Shown: positions 24,370-37,129, numbered from the stretch's first letter. The stretch: DNA of 64,000 nucleotides from Escherichia coli (GCF_044647545.1 NZ_CP172818.1); one strand, 5' to 3'. Program-made: numbers and translations. The notes: generated from the letters alone by a model not told the origin.

Positions 24370-25146
24370 ATGATGAATCCATTAATTATCAAACTGGGCG
24401 GCGTACTGCTGGATAGTGAAGAGGCGCTGGAACGTCTGTTTAGCGCCCTGGTGAATTATCGTGAGTCACATCAGCGTCCGCTGGTGATTGTCCACGGTGG
24501 CGGCTGCGTAGTGGATGAGTTGATGAAAGGGCTGAATCTGCCGGTGAAAAAGAAAAATGGCCTGCGGGTGACGCCAGCGGATCAGATAAACATTATCACC
24601 GGAGCACTGGCGGGAACGGCAAATAAAACCCTGCTGGCATGGGCGAAGAAACATCAGATTGCGTCCGTAGGTTTGTTTCTCGGTGACGGCGACAGCGTCA
24701 AAGTGACCCAGCTTGATGAAGAGTTAGGCCATGTTGGACTGGCGCAGCCAGGTTCGCCTAAGCTTATCAACTCCTTGCTGGAGAACGGTTATCTGCCGGT
24801 GGTCAGCTCCATTGGCGTAACAGACGAAGGGCAACTGATGAACGTCAATGCCGATCAGGCGGCAACGGCGCTGGCGGCAACGCTGGGCGCGGATCTGATT
24901 TTGCTCTCCGACGTCAGCGGCATTCTCGACGGCAAAGGGCAACGTATTGCCGAAATGACCGCCGCGAAAGCAGAACAACTGATTGAGCAGGGCATTATTA
25001 CTGACGGCATGATAGTGAAAGTGAACGCGGCGCTGGATGCTGCGCGCACGCTGGGCCGTCCGGTAGATATCGCCTCCTGGCGTCATGCGGAACAGCTTCC
25101 GGCACTGTTTAACGGTATGCCGATGGGTACGCGGATTTTAGCTTAA
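24370..25146 (+). CDS. argB: Acetylglutamate kinase
   Basis: 258 aa from internal Met ([24 protein letters not shown]...). Confidence 0.95.
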   Translation: MMNPLIIKLGGVLLDSEEALERLFSALVNYRESHQRPLVIVHGGGCVVDELMKGLNLPVKKKNGLRVTPADQINIITGALAGTANKTLLAWAKKHQIASVGLFLGDGDSVKVTQLDEELGHVGLAQPGSPKLINSLLENGYLPVVSSIGVTDEGQLMNVNADQAATALAATLGADLILLSDVSGILDGKGQRIAEMTAAKAEQLIEQGIITDGMIVKVNAALDAARTLGRPVDIASWRHAEQLPALFNGMPMGTRILA

Positions 25147-25206
25147 GTTTTGTTAGCCGGAGGCGCAGCTTTCCGGCATTGAATTTCAAAATAAGGAAAC
25201 AGAGTT

Positions 25207-26580
25207 ATGGCACTTTGGGGCGGGCGTTTTACCCAGGCAGCAGATCAACGGTTCAAACAATTCAACGACTCACTGCGCTTTGATTACCGTCTGGCGGAGC
25301 AGGATATTGTTGGCTCTGTGGCCTGGTCCAAAGCCCTGGTAACGGTCGGCGTGTTAACCGCAGAAGAGCAGGCGCAACTGGAAGAGGCGCTGAACGTGCT
25401 GCTGGAAGATGTTCGCGCCAGGCCACAACAAATCCTTGAAAGCGACGCCGAAGATATCCATAGCTGGGTGGAAAGCAAACTGATCGACAAAGTGGGTCAG
25501 TTAGGCAAAAAGCTGCATACCGGGCGTAGCCGTAATGATCAGGTAGCGACTGACCTGAAACTGTGGTGCAAAGATACCGTTAGCGAGTTGCTGACGGCTA
25601 ACCGGCAGTTACAATCCGCTCTGGTCGAGACCGCGCAGAACAATCAGGACGCGGTAATGCCAGGTTACACCCACCTGCAACGTGCTCAACCGGTGACGTT
25701 CGCGCACTGGTGCCTGGCTTACGTGGAGATGCTGGCGCGTGATGAAAGCCGCTTGCAGGATGCGCTTAAGCGTCTGGATGTCAGTCCGTTAGGCTGTGGC
25801 GCGCTGGCGGGAACGGCTTATGAAATCGACCGTGAACAGTTAGCTGGCTGGCTGGGCTTTGCTTCAGCGACCCGTAACAGTCTCGACAGCGTTTCTGACC
25901 GTGACCACGTGCTGGAACTGCTTTCTGCTGCCGCTATCGGCATGGTGCATCTGTCGCGTTTTGCTGAAGATCTGATTTTCTTTAACACCGGCGAAGCGGG
26001 GTTTGTCGAGCTTTCTGACCGTGTGACTTCCGGTTCATCATTAATGCCGCAGAAGAAAAACCCGGATGCGCTGGAGCTGATTCGCGGTAAATGCGGTCGG
26101 GTGCAGGGGGCGTTAACCGGCATGATGATGACGCTGAAAGGTTTGCCGCTGGCTTACAACAAAGATATGCAGGAAGACAAAGAAGGTCTGTTCGACGCGC
26201 TCGATACCTGGCTGGACTGCCTGCATATGGCGGCGCTGGTGCTGGATGGCATTCAGGTGAAACGTCCGCGTTGCCAGGAAGCGGCGCAGCAGGGTTACGC
26301 CAACGCCACTGAACTGGCGGATTACCTGGTGGCGAAAGGCGTACCGTTCCGCGAGGCGCACCATATTGTTGGTGAAGCGGTGGTGGAAGCCATTCGTCAG
26401 GGCAAACCGCTGGAAGAACTACCGCTCAGTGAGTTGCAGAAATTCAGTCAGGTGATTGGCGAAGATGTCTATCCGATTCTGTCGCTACAATCGTGCCTCG
26501 ACAAGCGTGCGGCAAAAGGCGGCGTCTCACCGCAGCAGGTGGCGCAGGCGATTGCTTTTGCGCAGGCTCGGTTAGAGTAA
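25207..26580 (+). CDS. argH: Argininosuccinate lyase
   Basis: 457-aa [29 protein letters not shown]... Confidence 0.97.
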   Translation: MALWGGRFTQAADQRFKQFNDSLRFDYRLAEQDIVGSVAWSKALVTVGVLTAEEQAQLEEALNVLLEDVRARPQQILESDAEDIHSWVESKLIDKVGQLGKKLHTGRSRNDQVATDLKLWCKDTVSELLTANRQLQSALVETAQNNQDAVMPGYTHLQRAQPVTFAHWCLAYVEMLARDESRLQDALKRLDVSPLGCGALAGTAYEIDREQLAGWLGFASATRNSLDSVSDRDHVLELLSAAAIGMVHLSRFAEDLIFFNTGEAGFVELSDRVTSGSSLMPQKKNPDALELIRGKCGRVQGALTGMMMTLKGLPLAYNKDMQEDKEGLFDALDTWLDCLHMAALVLDGIQVKRPRCQEAAQQGYANATELADYLVAKGVPFREAHHIVGEAVVEAIRQGKPLEELPLSELQKFSQVIGEDVYPILSLQSCLDKRAAKGGVSPQQVAQAIAFAQARLE

Positions 26581-26589
26581 GAAATTTTC

Positions 26590-28955
26590 ATCTACTAAAT
26601 TTGATCACCAACCAAAAATAGCACTTCCATATTCATTAATACCGTAAAATCAAGACCGACACGTTTACCAACAACACCAGATATTCAAAACATCAAAAAA
26701 AACATGGCAGAAGTAATTGAAAATAACCAAGGACGAAATCTCGGCACATTTAAAATGATTAATGCAATCGGATATGGGAGAATTAACATGCCATATTAAA
26801 TATTCTCGAAAAGTAGTCCGCTGCTTATCTAAAAGATCATTTCTCTTCAGAAGAAATTTTCAGCGATAACAGGAGCATGGAAGAATAATGGCAACTCCTC
26901 TCTTGAATGTAGAAGGGGACAAGACCCGTCAAGAGGTTAGCTATAACAGACAATAATATAATAATGAAAAATATTAAAGCAAAGTTTGATATTGACCAGA
27001 ACAAAATTTCGGTACCTTACAATAAACACCGTAAGCGGATATTGCCAAATCAGAGAGCGCACAATAAATGAACCGAAGAAGACTACGCAAATCATCAGAA
27101 AAATCAATTTAATCCAAAACTAATTCACCGCGATGCACCCCGTATCCAAAACATTTATCAATTCTGAAGAAAGAAGCATACTCGCGACGACCCCCAACCA
27201 AGAGGTCGGGCACGGAAGACCAGGAGAGGCGTCATAAAAGTATAAAGATAAAACACCAAATATACCAGAATATCAACGTATTAAGTGCGCTTCTAACGAA
27301 CATCTGATGCATGATATCCACAACCCCCGGACCCCGATCGAAGAGGCCCGTGAAGAGAAGAGCAAGACGACACATCCTCTTTAAGATGAAACATGCGAAG
27401 CGCGCTGTAACCCAGAAATGAATCAGTTTTGTTCGGCGAAGACTAAAAGACCGATCGGAACCGGAAATCTAAAACCTTACTCGGAATACAAGCAGTTGAT
27501 CGAAGAAAAGTATATCGATTTTATACCGAAGATGATTAAACCGCAGGCAATAATATCGGGATGAAACAAAATCCCGATCATGACACGCATCATCACCTAA
27601 CTCCCACGCACAGCCCTTCAGATATAACCACTGAGGATTATCCCCGTTCTTGAAGGTAGATCTCACGCTTCCAAACATACGGAATGTTATCGGCGGATTC
27701 ACAATATATGAAGTCATCCCGAATACCTGCCGCGCGAGGAAAACATATCACCAAGGCAAGCAATTAAGCGAAGAGCAGCCTATCAACAAAAATCGCACGA
27801 CGAATATCCATATAACCCGGATTACCTCCACGTACACAATCCAATATGGCATATCTTGGAAAGGACATAACAGTTCGCATAATCATTCACTTCAAACGCA
27901 TCTAATCCATTCATTCCCCTAAATATTTAAAAATGGATGCCGAACTTTCAACTACAGGAGCACAAGGAATAGCAACAAAAAAGGCTTGATCCGACACTAA
28001 TACCTGGCGCATCAATGAAGGTGGGAATCATCAATTCCATCGACCGTTCCTCAGTAATCCTTCAATCAAAAAGATCGTCGAAAGATACGAATGACCCCGA
28101 CTGAATTCCCCTCTCACCACTCGGAGATGGCACTTTTCCGTACACGGAATAACAGAACGCCCAACCAGTATCTGGATAGACAGCTTATCCACAAGAATAC
28201 TTAAAGACCCAAAAATAGAATTCGGGGCATTAATCCGTGCAGCAACAAAAAAACTGCAATCGATTAGCCGTATTATTACAATAACTATCGGTTTATTAAT
28301 TATGGAGGCGACAGTTAATTCCCCCGACCGAACCTAACACAGACTGGTAGGCGAAAAGAAAATTGGAGAGGAAGGATTATCGGAGATTTAACTCAGCGAC
28401 TGTTATCTCTGCGGTTATTCTGTCCCCATCGTTTTTAATAACGCATTTCGCTTTTTTCCTACACCCATTTGTCCCACTAATAGTTTTGGGCGGGGGCCTT
28501 TTATTCTCGGCAGCGATGCAGACATGAACAGAAATGATTAATGCTGATCGCCACGCTATTTAGACGCCGACCGGGCGGAGAAGCGGAGAACCGCCATTTA
28601 TTCCGGTGGGAGGAAGACCGAACAACGAACGGTATGGGCAGAAAGAACCCCCCCCACGGCCCAGGGGGTATTTTACACATCAATCGTGATCTGCCGCGCG
28701 CATGCCCCTGCAACACCTGTATTGAGATAGCTGCCGTTGATCTGGCTCGAAATATTGTCACACCTCGATTCCTTCCCCCATTAACTATTTTCACCCGAAA
28801 CTACGACCCGAAACCGTAAAACTATTCTTTAACCATTACACGTCTTCGTCAATCCCCCCCACCCACTTACTTTATCTCAACCTTTCTGCATTTTCCGGAA
28901 ACCAGGGGATTGCAGATTAACAAAATGGCTTCCATCGCCGGGATTCAAAACTTTG
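26590..28955. other. ~2.3-kb ORF-free, A-rich / G-poor block of unknown origin between argH and oxyS
   Basis: No ORF of 60 aa or more with a plausible start/RBS on either strand (only four overlapping 82-97 aa frames); sampled 100 nt at 27001-27100 counts A44 C22 G17 T17; the K-12 argH-oxyS spacer is ~60 bp from memory. Boundaries approximate. Confidence 0.85.
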
Positions 28956-28964
28956 GCAAAAAAA

Positions 28965-29074
28965 AGCGGATCCTGGAGATCCGCAAAAGTTCACGTTGGC
29001 TTTAGTTATTCGAGTTGAGAAACTCTCGAAACGGGCAGTGACTTCAAGGGTTAAAAGAGGTGCCGCTCCGTTTC
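28965..29074 (-). ncRNA. oxyS: OxyS small regulatory RNA (oxidative-stress sRNA)
   Basis: Minus strand reads GAAACGGAGCGGCACCUCUUUUAACCCUUGAAGUCACUGCCCGUUUCGAGAGUUUCUCAACUCGAAUAACUAAAGCCAACGUGAACUUUUGCGGAUCUCCAGGAUCCGCU, ending in the terminator hairpin plus U-run; divergent from oxyR. Confidence 0.9.
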
Positions 29075-29169
29075 TGTGAGCAATTATCAGTCAGAATGCT
29101 TGATAGGGATAATCGTTCATTGCTATTCTACCTATCGCCATGAACTATCGTGGCGATGGAGGATGGATA

Positions 29170-30087
29170 ATGAATATTCGTGATCTTGAGTACCTGGTGG
29201 CATTGGCTGAACACCGCCATTTTCGGCGTGCGGCAGATTCCTGCCACGTTAGCCAGCCGACGCTTAGCGGGCAAATTCGTAAGCTGGAAGATGAGCTGGG
29301 CGTGATGTTGCTGGAGCGGACCAGCCGTAAAGTGTTATTCACCCAGGCGGGAATGCTGCTGGTGGATCAGGCGCGTACCGTGCTGCGTGAGGTGAAAGTC
29401 CTTAAAGAGATGGCAAGCCAGCAGGGCGAGACGATGTCCGGACCGCTGCATATTGGTTTGATTCCCACGGTTGGACCGTACCTGCTACCGCATATTATCC
29501 CGATGCTGCACCAGACCTTTCCAAAGCTGGAAATGTATCTGCATGAAGCACAGACCCACCAGTTACTGGCGCAACTGGACAGCGGCAAGCTCGATTGCGT
29601 GATCCTCGCGCTGGTGAAAGAGAGCGAAGCATTCATTGAAGTGCCGTTGTTTGATGAGCCAATGTTGCTGGCTATCTATGAAGATCACCCGTGGGCGAAC
29701 CGCGAATGCGTACCGATGGCCGATCTGGCAGGAGAAAAACTGCTGATGCTGGAAGATGGTCACTGTTTGCGCGATCAGGCAATGGGGTTCTGTTTTGAAG
29801 CCGGGGCGGATGAAGATACACACTTCCGCGCGACCAGCCTGGAGACGCTGCGCAACATGGTGGCGGCAGGTAGCGGGATCACTTTATTGCCAGCGCTGGC
29901 TGTGCCGCCGGAGCGCAAACGCGATGGGGTTGTTTATCTGCCGTGCATTAAGCCGGAACCACGCCGCACTATTGGCCTGGTTTATCGTCCTGGCTCACCA
30001 CTGCGCAGCCGCTATGAGCAGCTGGCAGAGGCCATCCGCGCAAGAATGGATGGCCATTTCGATAAAGTGTTAAAACAGGCGGTTTAA
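29170..30087 (+). CDS. oxyR: LysR-family hydrogen-peroxide-responsive transcriptional regulator
   Basis: 305 aa from internal Met ([40 protein letters not shown]...); redox cysteines present. Confidence 0.97.
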   Translation: MNIRDLEYLVALAEHRHFRRAADSCHVSQPTLSGQIRKLEDELGVMLLERTSRKVLFTQAGMLLVDQARTVLREVKVLKEMASQQGETMSGPLHIGLIPTVGPYLLPHIIPMLHQTFPKLEMYLHEAQTHQLLAQLDSGKLDCVILALVKESEAFIEVPLFDEPMLLAIYEDHPWANRECVPMADLAGEKLLMLEDGHCLRDQAMGFCFEAGADEDTHFRATSLETLRNMVAAGSGITLLPALAVPPERKRDGVVYLPCIKPEPRRTIGLVYRPGSPLRSRYEQLAEAIRARMDGHFDKVLKQAV

Positions 30088-31470
30088 GCCATTTAGCGCA
30101 GCTACCCGATAGGCTTCCGCCATCGTCGGGTAGTTAAAGGTGGTGTTGACGAAGTACTCAATAGTGTTGCCGCCACCTTTCTGTTCCATAATCGCCTGAC
30201 CGATATGAATAATTTCGGCAGCGCGCTCGCCAAAGCAGTGAATACCCAGAATCTCTTTTGTTTCCCGATGGAACAAAATTTTCAGCGTGCCCACGTTCAT
30301 GCCGACGATTTGTGCACGTGCCAGATGTTTAAACTGGGCGCGGCCCACTTCATATGGCACTTTCATCGCGGTTAGCTGCTGTTCGGTTTTGCCCACAGAG
30401 CTGATTTCCGGGATGGTGTAAATGCCGGTAGGGATATCTTCAATCAGATGTGCGTTGGCTTCACCTTTCACCAGCGCTTGCGCGGCAATGCGCCCCTGGT
30501 CATAGGCTGCCGACGCCAGGCTCGGATAACCAATCACGTCGCCCACCGCGTAAACGTGCGGCTGTGCGGTCTGATACATGCTGTTGACCTTCAGCTGTCC
30601 GCGACTGTCAGTTTCCAGCCCAATGTTCTGTAACGCCAGCGAATCGGTATTACCGGTGCGACCGTTGGCATAGAGCAGACAGTCAGCTTTCAGTTTTTTA
30701 CCCGACTTCAGATGCATGATCACACCGTCGTCACAGCCTTCGATCTTCTCGTACTCTTCGTTGTGACGAATCACTACGCCACTGTTCCAGAAGTGATAGG
30801 AGAGAGAATCTGACATCTCTTGATCGAGAAACGCCAACAGCCGATCGCGGGTGTTGATCAGATCCACTTTTACATCCATACCGCGGAAGATCGACGCATA
30901 TTCACAGCCGATCACTCCAGCACCATAGATAAGTACATGGCGCGGTTCGTGGTGCATGCTAAGAATTGAGTCGCTGTCGTAAATGCGTGGATGGGTGAAA
31001 TCAACATCTGTTGGATGATATGGACGAGAGCCGCAGGCAATAACAAATTTTTCAGCGGTTAGTGTTTCAACGCTGCCGTCCGGGCAATCCAGCGCCAACG
31101 TATGCTCGTCAACAAAGCGAGCGTTCCCCTGCAATATTTCACAGTGATTACGTTCGTAAAATCCCTGACGCATGCGCGTTTGTTGGTTAATCACGTTATC
31201 GGCATGGTTAAGGATATCGGCAAAAGAAGAGCGGAGCAGTCGGGAATGGTCGCTGTATAGTGGGTTTTGATTAAATTCTATAATGCGGCTGACGGCGTGA
31301 CGGAGAGCTTTCGACGGGATGGTGCCCCAGTGGGTGCAACCGCCGCCAACATTTTGATAACGCTCGATAACTGCGACGCGCGCACCTTGCTTAACCAGGC
31401 CCATTGCAGCGCCTTCGCCGCCGGGGCCGGAACCTATTACTATGGCATCGTAATCGTAGGAATGTGGCAT
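30070..31470 (-). CDS. sthA: Soluble pyridine nucleotide transhydrogenase
   Basis: 466-aa [27 protein letters not shown]..., FAD/NAD-binding GxGxxG motifs. Confidence 0.95.
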   Translation of the reverse strand: MPHSYDYDAIVIGSGPGGEGAAMGLVKQGARVAVIERYQNVGGGCTHWGTIPSKALRHAVSRIIEFNQNPLYSDHSRLLRSSFADILNHADNVINQQTRMRQGFYERNHCEILQGNARFVDEHTLALDCPDGSVETLTAEKFVIACGSRPYHPTDVDFTHPRIYDSDSILSMHHEPRHVLIYGAGVIGCEYASIFRGMDVKVDLINTRDRLLAFLDQEMSDSLSYHFWNSGVVIRHNEEYEKIEGCDDGVIMHLKSGKKLKADCLLYANGRTGNTDSLALQNIGLETDSRGQLKVNSMYQTAQPHVYAVGDVIGYPSLASAAYDQGRIAAQALVKGEANAHLIEDIPTGIYTIPEISSVGKTEQQLTAMKVPYEVGRAQFKHLARAQIVGMNVGTLKILFHRETKEILGIHCFGERAAEIIHIGQAIMEQKGGGNTIEYFVNTTFNYPTMAEAYRVAALNGLNRLF

Positions 31471-31804
31471 GGTAGGGCTTACCTGTTCTTATACATAAAA
31501 GCAACAGAATGGTAACATTTTATCGCGGGTAAGCCAATTGATCCCCGTCATTTATCTGGCTATATCGTGAGCGGCCTTTGCTTTGTCTGTTTCTTACTTT
31601 TGACCTGAACGTTTTATTGGATTTTTATCGACGATACTCTCCGTTTAAGCGGCAGGTTTCCGTTGTACGTAAAAGAACCGGCCAAAGAATTGCAGTAAAT
31701 ATGTTTTATTGCGTTACCGTTCATTCACAACACTGGAGCAATCCAGTATGTTCATTCTCTGGTATAGTGCCAGCAGTACTTTTGGCAAGGATTCAGACAT
31801 CGTG

Positions 31805-32452
31805 ATGGGCGTAAGAGCGCAACAAAAAGAAAAAACCCGCCGTTCGCTGGTGGAAGCCGCATTTAGCCAATTAAGTGCTGAACGCAGCTTCGCCAGCCTG
31901 AGTTTGCGTGAAGTGGCGCGTGAAGCGGGCATTGCTCCCACCTCTTTTTATCGGCATTTCCGCGACGTAGACGAACTGGGTCTGACCATGGTTGATGAGA
32001 GCGGTTTAATGCTACGCCAACTCATGCGCCAGGCGCGTCAGCGTATCGCCAAAGGCGGGAGTGTGATCCGCACCTCGGTCTCCACATTTATGGAGTTCAT
32101 CGGTAATAATCCTAACGCCTTCCGGTTATTATTGCGGGAACGCTCCGGCACCTCCGCTGCGTTTCGTGCCGCCGTTGCGCGTGAAATTCAGCACTTCATT
32201 GCGGAACTTGCGGACTATCTGGAACTCGAAAACCATATGCCGCGTGCGTTTACTGAAGCGCAAGCCGAAGCCATGGTGACGATTGTCTTCAGTGCGGGTG
32301 CCGAGGCGTTGGACGTCGGCGTTGAACAACGTCGGCAATTAGAAGAGCGACTGGTACTGCAACTGCGAATGATTTCGAAAGGGGCTTATTACTGGTATCG
32401 CCGTGAACAAGAGAAAACCGCAATTATTCCGGGAAATGTGAAGGACGAGTAA
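31805..32452 (+). CDS. fabR: TetR-family repressor of unsaturated fatty-acid biosynthesis
   Basis: 215 aa from internal Met ([20 protein letters not shown]...); TetR-type HTH. Confidence 0.9.
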
Positions 32453-32811
32453 TGAAACAAGCAAATCAAGATAGAGGTACGCTGCTGCTGGCGCTGGTGG
32501 CTGGCTTATCGATTAATGGTACTTTCGCAGCGCTGTTTAGCTCCATTGTGCCATTTTCTGTATTCCCGATTATTTCCCTGGTGCTGACAGTTTACTGCCT
32601 GCATCAACGTTATCTTAATCGCACTATGCCGGTAGGCTTGCCGGGTCTGGCTGCTGCTTGTTTTATTCTCGGCGTACTGCTGTACAGCACGGTAGTTCGT
32701 GCGGAATATCCGGATATCGGCTCTAACTTCTTCCCGGCAGTACTGTCCGTCATTATGGTGTTCTGGATTGGCGCGAAGATGCGTAACCGTAAGCAGGAAG
32801 TTGCTGAGTAA
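32452..32811 (+). CDS. yijD: Small inner-membrane protein of unknown function
   Basis: 119-aa hydrophobic ORF immediately following fabR. Confidence 0.85.
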
Positions 32812-32819
32812 TCGGTATC

Positions 32820-32845
32820 ATGCCGGATGCTGGCGCATCCGGCAT
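32820..32845. repeat. REP (repetitive extragenic palindrome) unit
   Basis: gccggatgctggcgcatccggc palindrome between the convergent yijD and trmA 3' ends. Confidence 0.65.
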
Positions 32846-32850
32846 AGGTT

Positions 32851-33951
32851 TTACTTCGCGGTCAGTAATACGCCGCACTCCATATGGTGCGTGTAGGGGA
32901 ACTGATCAAACAGAGCCAGACGTTCAACCTTGTGCGTCTGGCTTAATGTTTCCAGATTCTTGCATAACGTTTCCGGATTGCAGGAGATATACAGAATACG
33001 TGGATACGCCTGCACCATTTTCTCGGTTTCACTGTCCAGACCGCTGCGCGGTGGGTCGACAAAAATGGTTTCGCACTGATAACTCTTCAAGTCGATCCCT
33101 TGCAGGCGATGAAACTCGCGCACACCATTCATCGCCTGAGTAAATTCTTCTGCCGCCATACGAATAATTTGGACGTTATCAATATGGTTAGCGGCAATGT
33201 TGTATTGCGCGGCAGCGACCGAAGGCTTGGCGATTTCGGTGGCTAATACCCGATCAAAATTGCGCGCCAGGGCTAATGAGAAGTTACCGTTGCCGCAGTA
33301 CAGCTCCAGTAAATCGCCTTTTGAGCCTTTGGTGACGTCCAGCGCCCATTCCAGCATCTGAATATTCATCGCCGCGTTCGGTTGGGTAAAGCTGTTTTCT
33401 ACCTGACGGTAGATCATCTCTTTCCCTGCGACCGGCAGACGTTCATCGATGTAATCTTGGTCCAGCTCGATTTTGGTTTTCGTTGCCCGACCAATCAGAT
33501 GCACATTCAGATTCTGCGCGCGCAGTGCATCGCGCAGGGCTTCCGCTTCCTGACGCCACTCATCATCCAGCTTCTTATGGTACAGCAGGGAAACCACCGC
33601 CTGATTACTCAGCGTGGTGAGGTAATCAATCTGGAACAACTTGTGGCGCAGAACGGGATTATTACGCACACCCGCAATCATCGCCGTCATCAACTGGTTG
33701 ATAAGTTCACTGGCGGCGGGGAAGCTATCCACGCGGATGCGGCTTTTGGTTTGTTGATCGAAAATGATGTGGTACAGGTCATCGCCATCGTGCCAGATGC
33801 GGAACTCCGCACGCATCCGGTAATGACTGACCGGCGAGCGAAACACTTCCGGAACCAGGTCAGAAAACGGTGCCATCATACTTTGCAAACGTACCACTTT
33901 TTCGGCTAACTGCGCTTCATACTGTTCTGTTGGAAGGTGTTCGGGGGTCAT
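32851..33951 (-). CDS. trmA: tRNA (uracil54-C5)-methyltransferase
   Basis: 366-aa [29 protein letters not shown]... Confidence 0.95.
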   Translation of the reverse strand: MTPEHLPTEQYEAQLAEKVVRLQSMMAPFSDLVPEVFRSPVSHYRMRAEFRIWHDGDDLYHIIFDQQTKSRIRVDSFPAASELINQLMTAMIAGVRNNPVLRHKLFQIDYLTTLSNQAVVSLLYHKKLDDEWRQEAEALRDALRAQNLNVHLIGRATKTKIELDQDYIDERLPVAGKEMIYRQVENSFTQPNAAMNIQMLEWALDVTKGSKGDLLELYCGNGNFSLALARNFDRVLATEIAKPSVAAAQYNIAANHIDNVQIIRMAAEEFTQAMNGVREFHRLQGIDLKSYQCETIFVDPPRSGLDSETEKMVQAYPRILYISCNPETLCKNLETLSQTHKVERLALFDQFPYTHHMECGVLLTAK

Positions 33952-34069
33952 GATGTATCCTGAAAAATTAAAGTACGCGGCGATTGTAGGGATTGCTCAT
34001 CAGATGTCCAGATCTTGATGAATTCCTATTTGTGAGCTACGTCTGGACAGTAACTTGTTACAACCTGTA

Positions 34070-34300
34070 GCATCCACTTGCCGGTCCTGTGAGTTAATAG
34101 GGAATCCAGTGCGAATCTGGAGCTGACGCGCAGCGGTAAGGAAAGGTGCGATGATTGCGTTATGCGGACACTGCCATCCGGTGGGAAGTCATCATCTCTT
34201 AGTATCTTAGATACCCCTCCAAGCCCGAAGACCTGCCGGCTAACGTCGCATCTGGTTCTCATCATCGCGTAATATTGATGAAACCTGCGGCATCCTTCTT
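34070..34300 (+). promoter_or_regulatory. Cobalamin (adenosylcobalamin) riboswitch in the btuB leader
   Basis: btuB 5' leader with conserved B12-element-like segment (...gcggacactgccatccggtgggaagtcatc...) directly upstream of the btuB start. Confidence 0.8.
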
Positions 34301-34319
34301 CTATTGTGGATGCTTTACA

Positions 34320-36164
34320 ATGATTAAAAAAGCTTCGCTGCTGACGGCGTGTTCTGTCACAGCCTTTTCTGCTTGGGCACAGGATACCAGCCCGGATACT
34401 CTCGTCGTTACTGCTAACCGTTTTGAACAGCCGCGCAGCACTGTGCTTGCACCAACCACCGTTGTGACCCGTCAGGATATTGACCGCTGGCAGTCGACCT
34501 CGGTCAATGATGTGCTGCGCCGTCTTCCGGGTGTCGATATCACCCAAAACGGCGGTTCAGGTCAGCTCTCATCTATTTTTATTCGCGGTACAAATGCCAG
34601 TCATGTGCTGGTGTTAATTGATGGCGTCCGCCTGAATCTGGCGGGAGTGAGTGGTTCTGCCGACCTTAGCCAGTTCCCTATTGCGCTTGTCCAGCGTATT
34701 GAATATATCCGTGGACCGCGCTCCGCTGTTTATGGTTCCGATGCAATAGGCGGGGTGGTGAATATCATCACGACGCGCGATGAACCCGGAACGGAAATTT
34801 CAGCAGGGTGGGGAAGCAATAGTTATCAGAACTATGATGTCTCCACGCAGCAACAACTGGGGGATAAGACACGGGTAACGCTGTTGGGCGATTATGCCCA
34901 TACTCATGGTTATGATGTTGTTGCCTATGGTAATACCGGAACGCAAGCGCAGACAGATAACGATGGTTTTTTAAGTAAAACGCTTTATGGCGCGCTGGAG
35001 CATAACTTTACTGATGCCTGGAGCGGCTTTGTGCGCGGCTATGGCTATGATAACCGTACCAATTATGACGCGTATTATTCTCCCGGCTCACCGTTGCTCG
35101 ATACCCGTAAACTCTATAGCCAAAGTTGGGACGCCGGGCTGCGCTATAACGGCGAACTGATTAAATCACAACTCATTACCAGCTATAGCCATAGCAAAGA
35201 TTACAACTACGATCCCCATTATGGTCGTTATGATTCGTCCGCGACGCTGGATGAGATGAAGCAATACACCGTCCAGTGGGCAAACAATGTCATCGTTGGT
35301 CACGGTAGTATTGGTGCGGGTGTCGACTGGCAGAAACAGACTACGACGCCGGGTACAGGTTATGTTGAGGATGGATATGATCAACGTAATACCGGCATCT
35401 ATCTGACCGGGCTGCAACAAGTCGGCGATTTTACCTTTGAAGGCGCAGCACGCAGCGACGATAACTCACAGTTTGGTCGTCATGGAACCTGGCAAACGAG
35501 TGCCGGTTGGGAATTCATCGAAGGCTATCGTTTTATCGCTTCTTATGGCACGTCGTACAAGGCACCTAATCTTGGGCAACTGTATGGTTTCTACGGAAAT
35601 CCGAATCTGAATCCTGAGAAAAGCAAACAGTGGGAAGGCGCGTTTGAAGGCTTAACCGCTGGGGTGAACTGGCGTATTTCCGGATATCGTAACGATGTCA
35701 GTGATTTGATCGATTATGATGATCACACCCTGAAATATTACAACGAAGGGAAAGCGCGGATTAAGGGGGTCGAGGCGACCGCCAATTTTGATACCGGACC
35801 ACTGACGCATACTGTGAGTTATGATTATGTCGATGCGCGTAATGCGATTACCGACGTGCCGTTGTTACGCCGTGCTAAACAGCAGGTGAAATACCAGCTC
35901 GACTGGCAATTGTATGACTTCGACTGGGGTATTACTTATCAGTATTTAGGCACTCGCTATGATAAGGATTACTCATCTTATCCTTATCAAACCGTTAAAA
36001 TGGGCGGTGTGAGCTTGTGGGATCTTGCGGTTGCGTATCCGGTCACCTCTCATCTGACAGTTCGTGGTAAAATAGCCAACCTGTTCGACAAAGATTATGA
36101 GACAGTCTATGGCTACCAAACTGCAGGACGGGAATACACCTTGTCTGGCAGCTACACCTTCTGA
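34320..36164 (+). CDS. btuB: TonB-dependent outer-membrane vitamin B12 receptor
   Basis: 614 aa from internal Met ([38 protein letters not shown]...); TonB box DTLVVTA; terminal Phe. Confidence 0.97.
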   Translation: MIKKASLLTACSVTAFSAWAQDTSPDTLVVTANRFEQPRSTVLAPTTVVTRQDIDRWQSTSVNDVLRRLPGVDITQNGGSGQLSSIFIRGTNASHVLVLIDGVRLNLAGVSGSADLSQFPIALVQRIEYIRGPRSAVYGSDAIGGVVNIITTRDEPGTEISAGWGSNSYQNYDVSTQQQLGDKTRVTLLGDYAHTHGYDVVAYGNTGTQAQTDNDGFLSKTLYGALEHNFTDAWSGFVRGYGYDNRTNYDAYYSPGSPLLDTRKLYSQSWDAGLRYNGELIKSQLITSYSHSKDYNYDPHYGRYDSSATLDEMKQYTVQWANNVIVGHGSIGAGVDWQKQTTTPGTGYVEDGYDQRNTGIYLTGLQQVGDFTFEGAARSDDNSQFGRHGTWQTSAGWEFIEGYRFIASYGTSYKAPNLGQLYGFYGNPNLNPEKSKQWEGAFEGLTAGVNWRISGYRNDVSDLIDYDDHTLKYYNEGKARIKGVEATANFDTGPLTHTVSYDYVDARNAITDVPLLRRAKQQVKYQLDWQLYDFDWGITYQYLGTRYDKDYSSYPYQTVKMGGVSLWDLAVAYPVTSHLTVRGKIANLFDKDYETVYGYQTAGREYTLSGSYTF

Positions 36165-36966
36165 ACCACGTCCCACCGTGCTGGTGTTTGACTCCGGCGT
36201 CGGTGGGTTGTCGGTCTATGACGAGATCCGGCATCTCTTACCGGATCTCCATTACATTTATGCTTTCGATAACGTCGCTTTCCCGTATGGCGAAAAAAGC
36301 GAAGCGTTTATTGTTGAGCGAGTGGTGGCAATTGTCACCGCAGTGCAAAAACGTTATCCCCTTGCGCTGGCTGTGGTCGCTTGCAACACTGCCAGTACCG
36401 TTTCACTTCCTGCATTACGCGAAAAGTTCGACTTCCCGGTTGTTGGTGTCGTGCCGGCGATTAAACCTGCTGCACGTCTGACGGCAAATGGCATTGTCGG
36501 ATTACTGGCAACCCGCGGAACAGTTAAACGTTCTTATACTCATGAGCTGATCGCGCGTTTCGCTAATGAATGCCAGATAGAAATGCTGGGCTCGGCAGAG
36601 ATGGTTGAGTTGGCTGAAGCGAAGCTGCATGGCGAAGATGTTTCTCTGGATGCGCTAAAACGTATCTTGCGTCCGTGGTTAAGAATGAAAGAGCCGCCAG
36701 ATACCGTTGTATTGGGTTGCACCCATTTCCCTCTACTACAAGAAGAACTCTTACAGGTGCTGCCAGAGGGAACCCGGCTGGTGGATTCTGGCGCAGCGAT
36801 TGCTCGCCGAACGGCCTGGCTGTTAGAACATGAAGCCCCGGATGCAAAATCTGCCGATGCGAATATTGCCTTTTGTATGGCAATGACGCCAGAAGCTGAA
36901 CAATTATTGCCCGTTTTACAGCGTTACGGCTTCGAAACGCTCGAAAAACTGGCAGTTTTAGGCTGA
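36109..36966 (+). CDS. murI: Glutamate racemase
   Basis: 285 aa from internal Met ([13 protein letters not shown]...[14 protein letters not shown]...); overlaps the btuB 3' end. Confidence 0.93.
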   Translation: MATKLQDGNTPCLAATPSEPRPTVLVFDSGVGGLSVYDEIRHLLPDLHYIYAFDNVAFPYGEKSEAFIVERVVAIVTAVQKRYPLALAVVACNTASTVSLPALREKFDFPVVGVVPAIKPAARLTANGIVGLLATRGTVKRSYTHELIARFANECQIEMLGSAEMVELAEAKLHGEDVSLDALKRILRPWLRMKEPPDTVVLGCTHFPLLQEELLQVLPEGTRLVDSGAAIARRTAWLLEHEAPDAKSADANIAFCMAMTPEAEQLLPVLQRYGFETLEKLAVLG

Positions 36967-37011
36967 TTTGGTTGAATGTTGCGCGGTCAGAAAATTATTT
37001 TAAATTTCCTC

Positions 37012-37039
37012 TTGTCAGGCCGGAATAACTCCCTATAAT
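37012..37039 (+). promoter_or_regulatory. rRNA operon promoter P1 (-35 ttgtca, 16-nt spacer, -10 tataat) with upstream A/T-rich UP element
   Basis: cttgtcaggccggaataactccctataatgcgccacc; AT-rich aaaattattttaaatttcct just upstream. Confidence 0.85.
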
Positions 37040-37129
37040 GCGCCACCACTGACACGGAACAACGGCAAACACGCCGCCGGGTCAGCGGGGTTCTCCTGAG
37101 AATCTCAACAGAGAAAAGCAAAAAAATGC

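Noticed and set aside
26700-28820. Short ORFs inside block B, e.g. + strand 27418-27561 (47 aa), 26888-26956 (22 aa), the 90-aa frame 27650-27922, and the 82/97-aa minus-strand frames
   Set aside because: No convincing Shine-Dalgarno at proper spacing, no recognisable domain, and lengths are consistent with chance ATG-to-stop spans in A-rich DNA. I cannot exclude a small protein, but there is no positive evidence.
26590-28955. CRISPR array, IS element/transposon, integron, prophage remnant or group II intron as explanations for block B
   Set aside because: No regularly spaced direct repeats; no transposase, integrase or reverse-transcriptase ORF; no terminal inverted repeats or obvious target-site duplication that I could see; no GUGYG...AY intron boundaries or domain V-like motif. 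None of these classes is supported.
34026-34547. 173-aa minus-strand ORF overlapping the btuB leader
   Set aside because: It covers the cobalamin riboswitch and the btuB 5' end on the opposite strand and has no homology signal; the region is explained by the riboswitch and btuB.
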